In this document: positions 1-11,855 of the stretch, in pieces
Numbering within the stretch: the stretch's first letter is position 1
How the letters are laid out: every line of letters begins with the position of its first letter
Source: Felis catus
Taxonomy: Eukaryota
DNA length: 64,000 nucleotides
Reading direction: 5' to 3'
NCBI RefSeq assembly: GCF_018350175.1
Contig: NC_058368.1
Location: 209,810,001 to 209,874,000, forward strand
The notes under the pieces: model-generated
The model's database searches: none
What the model was told of the DNA's origin: nothing
Seen by the model: the letters and a program-made list of their open reading frames with translations, nothing else
Made by a program: the position numbers and the translations under genes

Positions 1-587
1 CCACCTCACAGAACTGTTGTGAGCTGCCTGGCACATAGCAGGTTTTGAACATATGCCTTCCCCTTCTGTACTGGAAGGGTTTTATCTTCTACCTGGTTAG
101 AGTCCCTTACTGTTAAAGTAAACGAGGGCATTCTGAAGTGGAAGGGGATTATTGCTAAGAGCACTGATTTAGGACTAGAGTAATCCTGCACGTGGAGTTC
201 AGGCACAATTGCATTCAGAGGCAGAGTGCAGGAAGCCTCTCGGAGGTTTGGGGAGAGGAAGACGTGTCCGGTTTACAGTGATGCTTTCACTGGAATTCCT
301 CTCTCTGACCTTCTCCTAGTGCTTATTGCATGCATGTTATTACTCGTTTAATGATTTTCCCTGCTAGGAACTGTGTTTGGCTGGTAAACAGTAGGTGCCC
401 AAAATATTGCTGAATTAATGCAAATTATGGGTCAGACTTCTCATCTGAAGAATTTAGCCAAGAACCCCTGTGAGGTACTGAGGGAGGAGCTAGAAAGACT
501 GAATTTTTAATTTTCAAGGTAATGAATAGTAATCACTAGGATGCTGTGATTTGCTTTATAATGGAGCTACTTAGACAGGTTTTCTGT

Positions 588-588
588 T

Positions 589-623
<35 letters not shown>
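588..623. repeat. (GTT)n microsatellite
   Basis: Direct reading of the sequence. Confidence 0.9.
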
Positions 624-624
<1 letters not shown>

Positions 625-844
625 TTCAGTCTGTGAGAGCCTCCTACTTCTGTTACCTGAGGAAGAGACCCAGAACATCTGGCATAAGAATCCATACCAC
701 CATTGGCATTGTTTTCTTGTGATGTATTTCTATCTCTCCTCCCCCATTAGACTGTAAATTCCTTGAATCTGTTTTATGATGATGCCTGTTGTTGTGTTCT
801 ATGTATGCATGATCATTTACCTTCAAAGCTACCATAGCAATGTA

Positions 845-955
845 GATGTTGTTATATCTCCATTTTATAGATGACAGGACTGACAGACAGAGAGGGTATA
901 ACACTTCCTCAAGGTCACACAGTTAGGAAATAGCAGAGCCAGGATTCAAACTCAT
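845..955. mobile_element. MIR relic
   Basis: ccattttatagatga…aaggtcacacag…gccaggattcaaac core. Confidence 0.7.
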
Positions 956-1345
956 CCCTGTAAGGCCAGAGCTGGGCACATACCCACAGCACTCATGGCA
1001 CCTCCCTTCTTCATGGCCTCCACATGCTTGCACTCGATAAATACAAATTGATGGTTGGTTAGTTGGTAGACCCAGGAATTTGTGATCTGATTTCTTACAG
1101 ACAAGCGGGAGACTAACTTGTCCAGCTCCGGGTTGGAATAGAGCATTTCAGGATCCTGAGCCTGGTCTGTGGGAGCATTGCTTCGGAGCATAGAGCCTGA
1201 GGAATGGTGGTGTGAGAGATGATGCTTTAGGGGGACTAGAAATGGAAAACCAGGAAGTCTTTTGAGGCTAGGTGAGAGGACTAGGCAGAGGGAGAGAGGA
1301 TGAGAGAGAGAGGAAAAGAAAGACAGTGATTACATGCAGTCACGG

Positions 1346-2054
1346 TGATGAGGTTTTGGGGTGATGGGGTTCAGAGCCGACGGCCAAGAAAGAATTCTTG
1401 AAGTCATCTTTGGTGCAAAAAGGTGATTTTATTAAAGCACAGGGATGGGACCCGTGGGCAGAAAGAGCTGCCCTGGGACCATGAGGAGAGACTGGTTACA
1501 AACTTGGGAGTTGAGGGAGATAAATCCCAGGGGAAGTTTCCAAAGTGAGTTTCATATGCTAAAGAAGACTCACAGGATCCCGGAGGCCTGGCTATTGTCA
1601 AACTAAGGTTGTTTTTCCCTCTAGCAAAGCATTAACATTAAGACAGGAGGGAGTTCCTGGAGAAACATTTTACTCTGCCAGCCTCAAGTATTTGTCAGTG
1701 GGCTGTAGGTTATAAGGAAATTTAATTTCTTCTGCCATTTTCTTCTTGCTTTTGTTTCTCATATCACAATGGAGGGAAGGTGATGTTGGGGCTCCAGGAA
1801 ACTGAGTCTATAGGCTTCTGGAGATTAGACTATTGATAAGATTGTCCTTTTCCTTGTAATTTACTAAGATATTGTAAACTGATGGAGACTCACCTCCTGC
1901 ATGACTATGATCCCTATCAGTTAACCATTTGTTTCCTTTCCTTTGTCTTTGGGCAGCCAGGGGTGCCTGAGGAATATCACACATACCCCATGGAGGTGGG
2001 GGGTGGTATGCTAGTTTGTACTTTGCCCTCAACCTGCCTTATGCTCGCTCATCA
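1346..2054 (-). mobile_element. Solo LTR, carnivore ERV1-type (709 bp)
   Basis: On the minus strand it begins TGATGAGCGAGCAT and ends CCTCATCA; AATAAA at 1428-1433; flanks acgg/aagg suggest a 4-bp TSD with one mismatch; homologous to 2648-3564. Confidence 0.85.
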
Positions 2055-2647
2055 AAGGGAGAGCAGAGGATTAAAGAGAAGTAAGACAGGGAGGTGGAGA
2101 AACCCTCTGAGCCTCAGGAACAGAGCCCCAGACTCACTCAAAGACACCTGTGGATTCCTGCCTCGATGGGAAGGAGCAGAGACCGATGCTTCTGGCTCTG
2201 AGAACAGACTTGTGTTACAACCCAATCCTCTTTGGCCTGACTCCATTCCAGCTATAGAGAGAGCATTTTCACAGACCCATGAAACTTTAGAGCTGGAAAA
2301 GACAGCAAAGACTTTGGAGATTATTTGCTGCCATCATGTGGCAAGATTCTCTCTCTCTCTCTCTCCAGATAAAGCCACCCTACACACACTGTATGAAACA
2401 AAAGTAATAATAACATCAGTACTAACAGTAGCCAAGGGTGAAAGTAAAACTACTTTACAATTGCTAAAGCATGGATGCTGACTAATCAGAAGTAAAAACA
2501 GCAGTAAATAGCTGGAGTGGCTGTCCTGGTGCACTGATTTTCAGCTGTATTTCAGCCCCAGAAATTGCTACAGTGTAGTGAGCACACGTATGTGCTGGGC
2601 ATCAGCTAGGTATTACCTAATTAAATACCCATAAAACTCCATGATAC

Positions 2648-3564
2648 TGATGAGGGAGCATGGGGCAAGCTGAAGGCAAAGTACAGGCTAACAGCAACCC
2701 GCTCCCCCCCACCAGGTGGGATATGTGTGATATTCCTTGGATGCTCCTGGCTGCCCAGGAACAGAGGAAAGGAAAGGAAACAAATGGTTTGCTGATAGAG
2801 ATCACAGTCATGCAGGACAGGAGTCTCCTTCAATTTACAGATAACTTAGTAAACCGCAAGAAAAAGGCAATCTTATCCATAGCCTAATCTCCAGAAACCC
2901 ATAGACTCTGTTTCCTGGAGCCCTAATATCACCCTCATCAAGATGTAAGGGGATTTAAGTGCTTGCCATGGTGATGTGGGAAACAAAGACAAATGAAAAA
3001 TTAAATTCCCTTACTGCCCACAGCCCATTGACGAGTCCTTGAAAGAGACAGAGTGACTTCCCTCTAGGAGCTCAGGTGCCTTCATGATGACACTTTGCTA
3101 GGGGCAAAAGGGAAACTTGGTTTAACATTATCCCAACCTCCAGGATCCCGTAAATCTACTTTAACATATAAAAATTCCTTTGGAAACTTCCATTATCTCA
3201 ACTTCCCCAAGATATATGCTGGCAATCGTATTCTAAGCTTATGGCCCCCTGATATACATCTGAAGGGTCTCATGACTGAGGCTTTTCTAAGCAGTAATAA
3301 ATGGTGTTTTCCTAATAGCAGCTAGCCCCTCGAGCTCCTGGAAACCTTGCTTCCAAAATTCCTTAGAGATTTACACTGTCCCTGACCCCCTCCCAACCTG
3401 AGGGTATATAATCAGTTACATGTCACAACCCCAGTGCAGCTCTTTCTGCCCATGGGTCCTGTCCCTGTGCTTTAATAAAAATCACCTTTTTGTACCAAAG
3501 GCGTCTTCAAGAATTCTTTCTTGGTGGTCAGCGCCAGACCCCACCAGCACCCCAAAACCCCACA
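2648..3564 (+). mobile_element. Solo LTR, carnivore ERV1-type (917 bp)
   Basis: TG…CA termini; perfect 4-bp TSD ATAC (2644-2647 and 3565-3568); TATATAA at 3405-3411; AATAAA at 3474-3479. Confidence 0.9.
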
Positions 3565-4483
3565 ATACTTCACTAGAGGAGGAGAAGTTAGGCTTAGAGA
3601 AGTGACATTACTGTCCCAAGGGCACATGACACTTAGGTGAAGGAGTCTGGTTTGAATTGGCAAGTCATGGTCAGGCTCAACCACTCTGGGGTGGAGTGGG
3701 GGCAGGGGTGGGGGGTGGGGGAGGTGGTTTGCTGTCTCATAAGCACAGAGCTGGGACAAGGCAGGAACAAGGGGGCATCTGCTTGGAGTCTGAGAGTTTG
3801 AGATGAGTGGGTAAGGGAGCCTTTTCTGTTCTTGGAATGACTCCTTGATTTTTTCCAACAAGGGCCTCTGAGAGATGGTATTGCTCTCTTGGTCTTTGAT
3901 TTCCATTAGCGCAGGAAACACATAGTAAATGGTGACTTCTTTCCTATGTCAAGGTTTTCCTTGATTTTGGTGGGGGGGGGGGGGGATGGATTAGACTTGA
4001 AAAACATTTCCATTATTTATACTTCAAGTCTTCTTTCCACCTCAAGAGGGCTCTTGCCTGAGGGACATGTCCGGACTGGATCCAGGCCAACCCTGCAGGG
4101 GCCAGAAGGCATAAGGTGAGTTCCTTTACAGTGGCAGAGCCCTCCAACTCCTCAGCTTTTCTCCAAGTGTGGGTCCTTAGTCTCTCTCCCATGGGACCTC
4201 AGGGGGCCTCTAAAGTGCAGTGAAGAGGTCCAGGGTGACCTGGGAGTGTGACCTGTGTCTCTCATGAGAGAGACAAATGGAGGAAATGAGGAGAAAATGG
4301 AAGAAAAACCAAGGCCAGACATAAGGGCCCAAACTAGTTTTCATTTCATAAGTGAATAAATCTCAGAGGGATAAAGACTTCTTAAGTAGAAGTAAAAAAA
4401 TCAGTCTTTGAAAAGGCAGTGGGAAAATCCATCAGATGATAAAGAACCCCAGTGAAGATTTCCCTGCCTCTGCCTCATTTTTT

Positions 4484-4484
<1 letters not shown>

Positions 4485-4512
<28 letters not shown>
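4485..4512. repeat. (AAT)n microsatellite
   Basis: Direct reading of the sequence. Confidence 0.9.
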
Positions 4513-4514
<2 letters not shown>

Positions 4515-5615
4515 TTTATTATTATTACATAATATTTTGATGGGAAAAATTGACATGATTTTCTCTTTTGCTTTTCTAAGTATATTTCTGTCACTCCAGC
4601 CAAGGGCCCTTGTCTGCCTTAAGAAATTAGGGAAGTTACTGCAGAAAGAAATTGATAGTATTCAGATTCTGATTTCCAAAATAGGGTCTTATTTCAAGGT
4701 AATAGACTTGAGAACAGGCACCATGAAGAGAGATTTTCTAAATTCCTTCGTTTCCTTCCTCATCTTATTGAGACCAGCGAACAAGGCCAGCGAACAAGAC
4801 CATAGCGTTTTCATTTGGGAGGTTCATGCAGGAAGAGAAGTGGGTGGCAGAAAACCCATCCTTTCCATCCATGGTGTGGCTGGAAAAAGAAGGGAGGCCA
4901 TGAGGGTAGTTGTTCCATAAGCTGATGAGAACACCATGGGCAGAGAGCTCTGAGCCCCCTCCTTCATTGTGCTGGGCTGCTCTGCACCAACAGAAGGTGT
5001 GGGCTGCACCTAAGACCTCTCTCATTTCCTGTGTGGTGTGCATGTCAGGTTGAGAGCCATTAGGTCTGATGGGGACCCTACCTTAGTGGGAATTACAGAA
5101 TTGGGTGAAGAATGTGGAGAAGAGGGGAGAGAATGGGAGGTCTAGAGGACTGCCCTGAAAGATACCAAGCATTTAAATTGAAGGTAGCCGAGTTACCCAA
5201 AGGAGACTATTTAGATGGGCAAGCACGAGGATTGTTAATCTGAGAGGACAAAGAAGGATCTCCTGCCTCTGAAATTCCCAGAGGCATCCCACCCCGCCTA
5301 GAATAAAATTTACAGTCCTCACATGGGCTGCAAGACCCAACCAGAGGGCTTTCCCTCAGTCCCTCTCTGACCCCTCCCCTTTGTCCAGCCCTCCTGACCT
5401 CCTGGCTGTTTCTGCCACACAGCTTTGGAGTACACACTGGAGGTCTTTGGAGATCCCCAGTCTTGCTCTCTCACTCCATTCACGTCTTTCCTAAAACAGA
5501 GGCTCCTCAGGAAGCCTTCCCTGACCATCCTATTTAAATAGTGGTCCGATCCCTCTCCAGGCTCTTCCCAGCTTTTTCATTCTTCATAACAGTGATTGCA
5601 GCTTGACCCAATGTC

Positions 5616-5855
5616 TTTTTTTTTTTTAAGTTTATTCATTTTGAGAGAGAGAGAGACAGAGAGACAGAGAGAGAGAGAGACAGAGTATGTGAGCTGGGGA
5701 GGGAGAGAGAGAGAGGGAGAGAGAGATTCCCAAGCAGGCTCAGCACTATCAGCATAGAGCCTAATGTGGGGCTCAAACTCATGAACCACGAGATCATGAC
5801 CTGAGCTTAAACCAAGCATTTGGAAGCTTAACCAACTGAGTCACCAAGATGCTCC
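5616..5855 (-). mobile_element. Can-SINE (SINEC_Fc-like)
   Basis: tRNA-derived head, (GA)n tract and poly-T; TSD cttgaccc(a/t)atgtctt. Confidence 0.9.
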
Positions 5856-5867
5856 AACTTGACCCTA

Positions 5868-6225
5868 TGTCTTCGTCAGCTTGGGCTACCATAACAAAAT
5901 ACCACAGACTGAGCGGTTTAAACAACAGAGATTCATTTTATCACAGTTCTGGGGCCTGGAAGTCCAAGCTCAGGGTGCCCACATGGTTGGCTTTCTTCCT
6001 GGCTTAGACATGGCAGCCTTCTCCCTGTGTCTCCATGGGGCCTTTTCTCGGTGTGTGTGCATGGAGAGAGAGGGCCACCAATCCTATCGAATTAAGTCCC
6101 TACTCTTATGACCGACCTCATTTAACCTTAATTACCTCCTAAAAGCCCCATCTCCAAATATGTCATATTGGAAGTTAGGGTTTCAACACATGAATTTTGG
6201 AGGGTACACTCTTTAGTCCATAGTG
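5868..6225 (-). mobile_element. MaLR LTR (MLT1A-like)
   Basis: Typical ataacaaaataccacagactg…ttaaacaacag…ctggaagtccaag and ccccatctccaaata…tttcaacacatgaattttgg blocks. Confidence 0.75.
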
Positions 6226-6622
6226 CATGTTTATTGGAATATAACTCTATGAATGGAGGGACTTTCTTTGTACATCCCTGTGCCTATATTACCCATTACT
6301 ATGGCTGGTGCTCTATAAATATATGTTAAATAGAGGAAAGAACTTCATTTTCTCTGTGTATTCTAGTGGTACTGTGAATACATGTATTCCCATTATAATA
6401 ACACCCCAAACTAGCACCATTTATCAAGCATGTGTATATGTCAGTGACTTTACCTGTGTTTCTTATCTAGCCTTCAACAATCCTAGAAAATAGGATTGAT
6501 TATTGGGCAAATTGAAGCGTGGAGAGGTTAAGTAACTCGCCCAAGGTCACACAGCTCAGAGGCACAGCCAGGATTAGGACAGTCTGTCAACGCCAAAGTC
6601 TGTTTCTTTTTGGACTCTAGAC

Positions 6623-6817
6623 CAGTGGTTCTCAAACTTTGGTGCGCAGCAGAACGACCTGGAAGGCTTATTAAGACCGATGGCAGGGCTCGGTCTTAAA
6701 CCCTCTGAGTTTCTGATTAGGTAGGCCTAGGGTGGAAATCTGAGAATGTGCATTTCTAGTAAGTTCCCAAGGGATGTTGATATTTCTGGTCTGGGGACCA
6801 CACCTTGGGCATCACTG
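6623..6817. mobile_element. MER5A-like hAT-Charlie MITE
   Basis: Termini cagtggttctcaaa…atcactg; 8-bp TSD ctctagac/ctgtagac. Confidence 0.8.
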
Positions 6818-9789
6818 CTGTAGACACAGAATGCTTCAATTTCCTTTTTTGCTTCAGCTTTCTGAACTATTTTCTGTCTCTGTGGCCCTTGCTTTCGTCA
6901 CTGAGTAATGAGTTTCAGGCAAGTGCTGTTTCCACGTAGCCTGGTCTGGAGTGGCCACGAGGAGCCCGGAGAGAGACCTTTGCCACGGGGTGGCAGCAGC
7001 ACCGCAGGTACAACGTCTGTCCTTGCTGGGGCCAGCTCATTAGCACAGCATCCCCTGGGTTCCCACAGAGCCAGGGCCTGACCGCCTCTCTGGTTCCCCT
7101 TGGCAGGGAGGCAGAGGATGGAAGGGGGCCTAGCAGAAGGGGAGGTCACTGGCACACAGAGGGGCAGTTTTGTTCTCTGAGAGACTCAGGAGGAAGCTGG
7201 GTGGTCTCCTCAGAGTGTCAAATTGTGCCATGCACAAAACCGCCATGCAGTGTGGTGCTCCCGGGAGCCCAGCCTAACAAAAGCCCTCGGAGGAGACTGG
7301 CAGGGCTGCTGGTCCGCCCGGGCGCAGAGGCCCCGGCCCCTCCATGAGGAGGCCCGCGGGTTTCTCATGATGCCGGTTTCCAGGGGCGACAGCCCCCCTC
7401 CCAGAAGATGTAGGTCTGCGGCCTCCTGGCCTCCTGGCCTCCGTCCTGCCCACAGATGGAGCTGGGAAACACTCCCCCCTTCTGCAGCGTCACCCCCACT
7501 CTCTTCCTCCTTCACTGAGCCGGTTTTGTTCTAAACATCCTAAGAATCTTTCTAAGTGCCAGAAACCGTGCTGGGGGCTTTCTATTATCATCTGTTTCAT
7601 TTTCCTTACATCCTCATGAAGACAGCATTCTTATATTCATTGAGGATGAGGAAGTTGAAGTTTAATCTCTCGTGCGTCAAGTTTAGTTGACCCCAGAAGC
7701 CCGCTGTGACACCTCTGCCAACGTGCAGAAACTTGATACCAACCTTGCTTTGCAGACTGCAGGTTTCATCCAGTCCCCCACATGTACAGATGAGGGCGCT
7801 GGACGATCAGGTCAAGGAACCACAGGTGGTTAAAAGCAAGTGAGAGACTAAACCTCCTTTTCCCAAGTCTGCTTTGCACTTGACCTGTCCAGTGAAGCTG
7901 TTCTAGAACTGCCATTACCATGAAGTCAATGGATTACGTTCCAGGGTTGATGAAGACGATCCTGGGACCCTGGGGAAACTGCTCGAGGATTCAGGTGTAA
8001 CAAGTGTGGATTCAGCCCAGTGCTGCGGACAAGTTTAGGTTCAGCCACCACTCTGAAGCTGAAGGCCTTTGGGTTTTAGGACACACGCAGCTAGTTTGAG
8101 TCTACTTGTGTTAGTTTCCTAATTCCCACGTGGACTTTCTCCAGTTTGTTTTCTACCTCTTTGGCAAATAGCTCATCATCAACTTAAATGAAACAATGCT
8201 TCACAGAGGCCCTGTGGTGCCAAGGCAGTGGGATTTGGTGACAGAATCTTTTAAGTGCTAAGTTCTCCCCAGGGCAGACTCATCATCAGTTCCTTTAGTG
8301 GCTTAGCTGACTTCCTGGATGGTCTTTATTTTCTCCTGCAGTGTCTGTAAACTCCAGGCTGGCTGCCTTCAGGCCTTCTTAGGATCCCCTGAACCTGCAG
8401 AGTTGAAAAAGTCATCTGACACCATCTTCTCCGAGACTCACTGCTACCTTTAACATGTGCATATGCAATTATTGGGAAACAGTTTATGATTTTTAGGGGC
8501 ATATTTTGTCCTTCTGCAGTATCCGTTGGGCCCTGCTTTTCATATGCTTCAGCCTGGATTTAAAGAAGGGGCTTTTGTAGGAATGATGCCCGTCCACGGA
8601 TGGGGAAGTTCCCCGAAAAAACCTTTGAGAAATGCCTCACTCCCAAGTTTACAATGACTGCAAAGTGATAGCCTTTGAATAGCTCAATATGAAAAAAATA
8701 TGGGCGCTTTCCTAAAAGGAGCACCCCAAATGAAAAAAATGTGTTCACCAGTGGAAAACAGTATGCGGATGCCAAATTTTTCAGCCCTGTAATGGATTAC
8801 AGAAAATATTTTGTTTGGGGGGGGGAGCGGGTGGTGGTCAGGAGGAAGGATTGAGAAAAAGAAAGGAGAGAAAAAAGGAATGAGAAGAAAAGAAAAACAG
8901 ATGTGAATCTTAAAATATTTCAAGCATGGATAGCTGAAATACTGTTTAATTTATTTAAGACTATTCTGTGAAGTCTAAAAGGTGATTGATCAGGCTTTTA
9001 AGATGCAGCCACAAGATTTACAATCATGTAATGAGTGATAATGTCCCCAAAGCAAATAAATAGTGGGAAATATCCCAGGTCTGGACTGCCTTTTAAAGCG
9101 TGTTGTTTGTAGAGAGAAATTAAAGTTAGGATGATTATTTTTAGTAATCACACAAACTTTTACCTGTAGTATCACTTCATTGAGGCAAACATAAACTGTC
9201 TTGAATTCTTCATTTCATTTGTATGTAGGGTTATTAGATTCACAAATTAAATTACAGGTTACCCCATGCAATATTTGTGATGTACCCACACTAAAGCATT
9301 GTTATTTAATACTTATACTAAGACATTGTTACTTTTAACTGGGCATCTTTTATTTTATCCGACCACCCTACTTGTGTGTGCAGATTCAGTAAACGTGACT
9401 TTCCAAACTGAAGGTTGAGACAAAGAGTTCTGTGGTCATGATGAGGAAAGATCAGCTGGAAAATGTTACCATCATGCTTTCCGAGTTCCTTTCTGTGCCT
9501 GGGAAGCATAAGTGACGGAAAAGGAAGATGAGAATTCAGAACAGGATGGCAAAAAAGGCGTTGGGAGGGGAGAGAGGCAGGACACAAGGAGACCAAAAGG
9601 AGAATACCCAGAAAGGAAGGGGTTCCTGGGGGAGAGGCTATTGGAGAAGCAGAAAGACTAGAGCGAAAACAGAAATGGGGGCATTGAAAACTTTTAAACA
9701 GCTGGATGACTTTCTTATACTTATCCTCCCTCTGCTCTGTAGACCTTGGAATTCCTTAGGTGCTTATCCAAGCAAGTTCTAAGAGGAAG

Positions 9790-10340
9790 TTCAGTCCTTA
9801 CCCCCCCACCCCCCGCCGTCCCGCAAAGAGCTCCGGGCTCCCCCTGTTGGCTGTCTTGGGTATCGCTTCCCCAGCCCGGGCCTCTTATAACCCAGAGATT
9901 TCTCATCTCCCACTTTCCCTCTTAACAAGCTCCCCATCAGCTTCCTTTGCTCTTCCTGCCTTGCTCTTTCTCCGTCGGTTTATTTATTCATTCGGAGCCT
10001 GCTTTCGACGTGACACCTCCCAACTGTTCTGGCGCCCGGGAACAGGCCACACAGAGCTGGTCATTGTTGCCCCAGCTCGGGGGACCACCCGGGTGGGAGC
10101 TGAGGCTGCGAGCCCGCGGCGGAGGCCGGATGATTGACAGCAGCCTCGGGTCAAGTGCCCAGAGGCGGCCCGGAAAGAGGGCTCCCGGCCCCCAACCCCC
10201 CCCACCCCCTTCCTCCACCCCCCCCCCCCCACCGCCCCGCAGGACGCTCCTCACTCGGCTCCCAAGGAAATGAACCCTTCCTCTAACCTCCGTTTAGACC
10301 CACGCAATTAGCAGCACGAAAATCCCTGTTTTCGACGTGG
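9790..10340. promoter_or_regulatory. CpG-island-like GC-rich element ~1.5-2 kb downstream of the SLC1A3 polyA site
   Basis: Dense CpGs (e.g. gcgagcccgcggcggaggccgg, gaggcggcccggaa, accgccccgcaggacgc) and long C runs, against a CpG-poor background. Confidence 0.65.
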
Positions 10341-11849
10341 TGCCTATGAATAAAGACAACAAAAAAGGATTTTACTTGGAGAGTGAGACTTTTTTAACTT
10401 GGGAAAGGGAATCCTGCTTGGGGCAAGACAGTGGTGCTGAAAGGATAAATATGAGAAAGGGAACACACAGACCCCCCCCCCCCCCCAGCTTCTCAAAGTG
10501 TAGGATTTAAAAACCTTGTTAGAAATGTATTTACTTATCAGAAACATTTTTAAGAAGTTCACCTGAAAAATGTCCAGTTATATTGTGAACAGATCTGTGA
10601 CGACCACGCCTAACGATCTATGTTTTCCTTCCCCATCATCTTCTGCATCCCCACCCCACCCCGCCCCCCAAAACAGGCCATACAGTCACACCTTGACCGA
10701 GCTGCTATGTCTCCACAGACCTCCCACAGGAGGATGACCAGCTTCTCAGACTTGCACTCTGGAAAGGGTGCAAAACCCAGCTTAGACTGCAGAAGTGAGA
10801 AAAAGCCTGGTGATTGCAGCAGGAAGCATTTCCTAGTACTGGATTGATCTTTTGTGGCACTTCCCTGAATGCTTCTGTGCCCAGAATGTCCTCACCCATG
10901 TCCAGATATGGGTCCCCTCAAGGTGGCCAGCGCTGGTTTGGTTCCCGCGGGCTGTGAACCTCCCCAATCAGCTATGTGAATACCACAGATGCCTTGAAAT
11001 AAGTTAGGATGTATTATTGATCAAACGCTGATTTGTAAATTTTTTGGTCAAAAGAGGCTTCAGAGAAACAGATGGGAATTAAAGTTTCTACCCCAGAAAA
11101 AAGAAAATGCACAAAGCCTTCCCTACAGTTTCAAGGGCTATGCAAACCCACTGAGGTCTTCACATGGAAACCCATGACCCAAGGGTTTCCAGACCCTACT
11201 TAAGAGCCTCTCCTCTGACTGTTACCTACAGGTAGAGGGTCACATTTAAGAGTCTCCAGACACAACTTCAACCTGGGCATTCCATAATACTGTCTGCCAA
11301 TTTTTTTTTTTTTTATTAAAAAGCCCGAGGGGGAAAATGCAGTAGTCCACAAGTTGTTCTTTATGAAAAGAAGGGTTTACTAGCACGGGGGCTGCTTCTG
11401 AAACATCCCTTGAGATCTTATTCAGCTCTTTTCACAAATGGCAGCAGTAATCACATAGATAAATCTACCTAATTTGAAGGCCAGGCAGGAAATTACTTTT
11501 TGGGGAGAATCAACGGTGGCATTACACTTTTCTAATCCCCACGTGGAAATGATTCAATTTCTCTGAGAAATTTATGTGGACAAGTAAGGGGGGGCTGTTA
11601 CTGCAAAGTGCTTCCCTCACCAAGCCTAGTTCTAGGACTTGGGCGGGAGAGCAGGCATCCTTCCTCATTTTCTTGTGACTGGCTCCCCCAGCTGGTCCTC
11701 CCAAGCTTTTGCCTAGTAAAAACCTACAGAGATCTGGAGGGGATCCCTTCCCGGCATTGCCCTGAGCTTACTGCAATACTTCCATGAATGGGAACTTTAT
11801 GGGAATAACAACAACATACAAAATTATAATGTAAAACTATTTTTTTTTC

Positions 11850-11855
11850 TTTATT
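11850..11855 (-). terminator. Polyadenylation signal AATAAA with GU-rich downstream element
   Basis: tttatt on +; about 35-50 nt further along the minus strand is TTTTGTATGTTGTTGTATT (about 11805-11823). Cleavage inferred near 11830. Confidence 0.8.

Noticed and set aside
1882..2481. 199-aa ORF on +
   Set aside because: Starts inside the antisense strand of a solo LTR and runs into unique spacer; no recognisable domain; likely a chance ORF.
1346..3564. Single provirus or a large DNA transposon with terminal inverted repeats
   Set aside because: The LTRs are inverted rather than direct, each has its own 4-bp flanks, and no PBS or gag/pol/env lies between them.
11301..11317. Alternative distal polyA signal AATAAA (11312-11317, minus strand)
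   Set aside because: It runs straight into a genomic A tract, so it may be just part of that tract and any cDNA support could be internal priming; not supportable from sequence alone.
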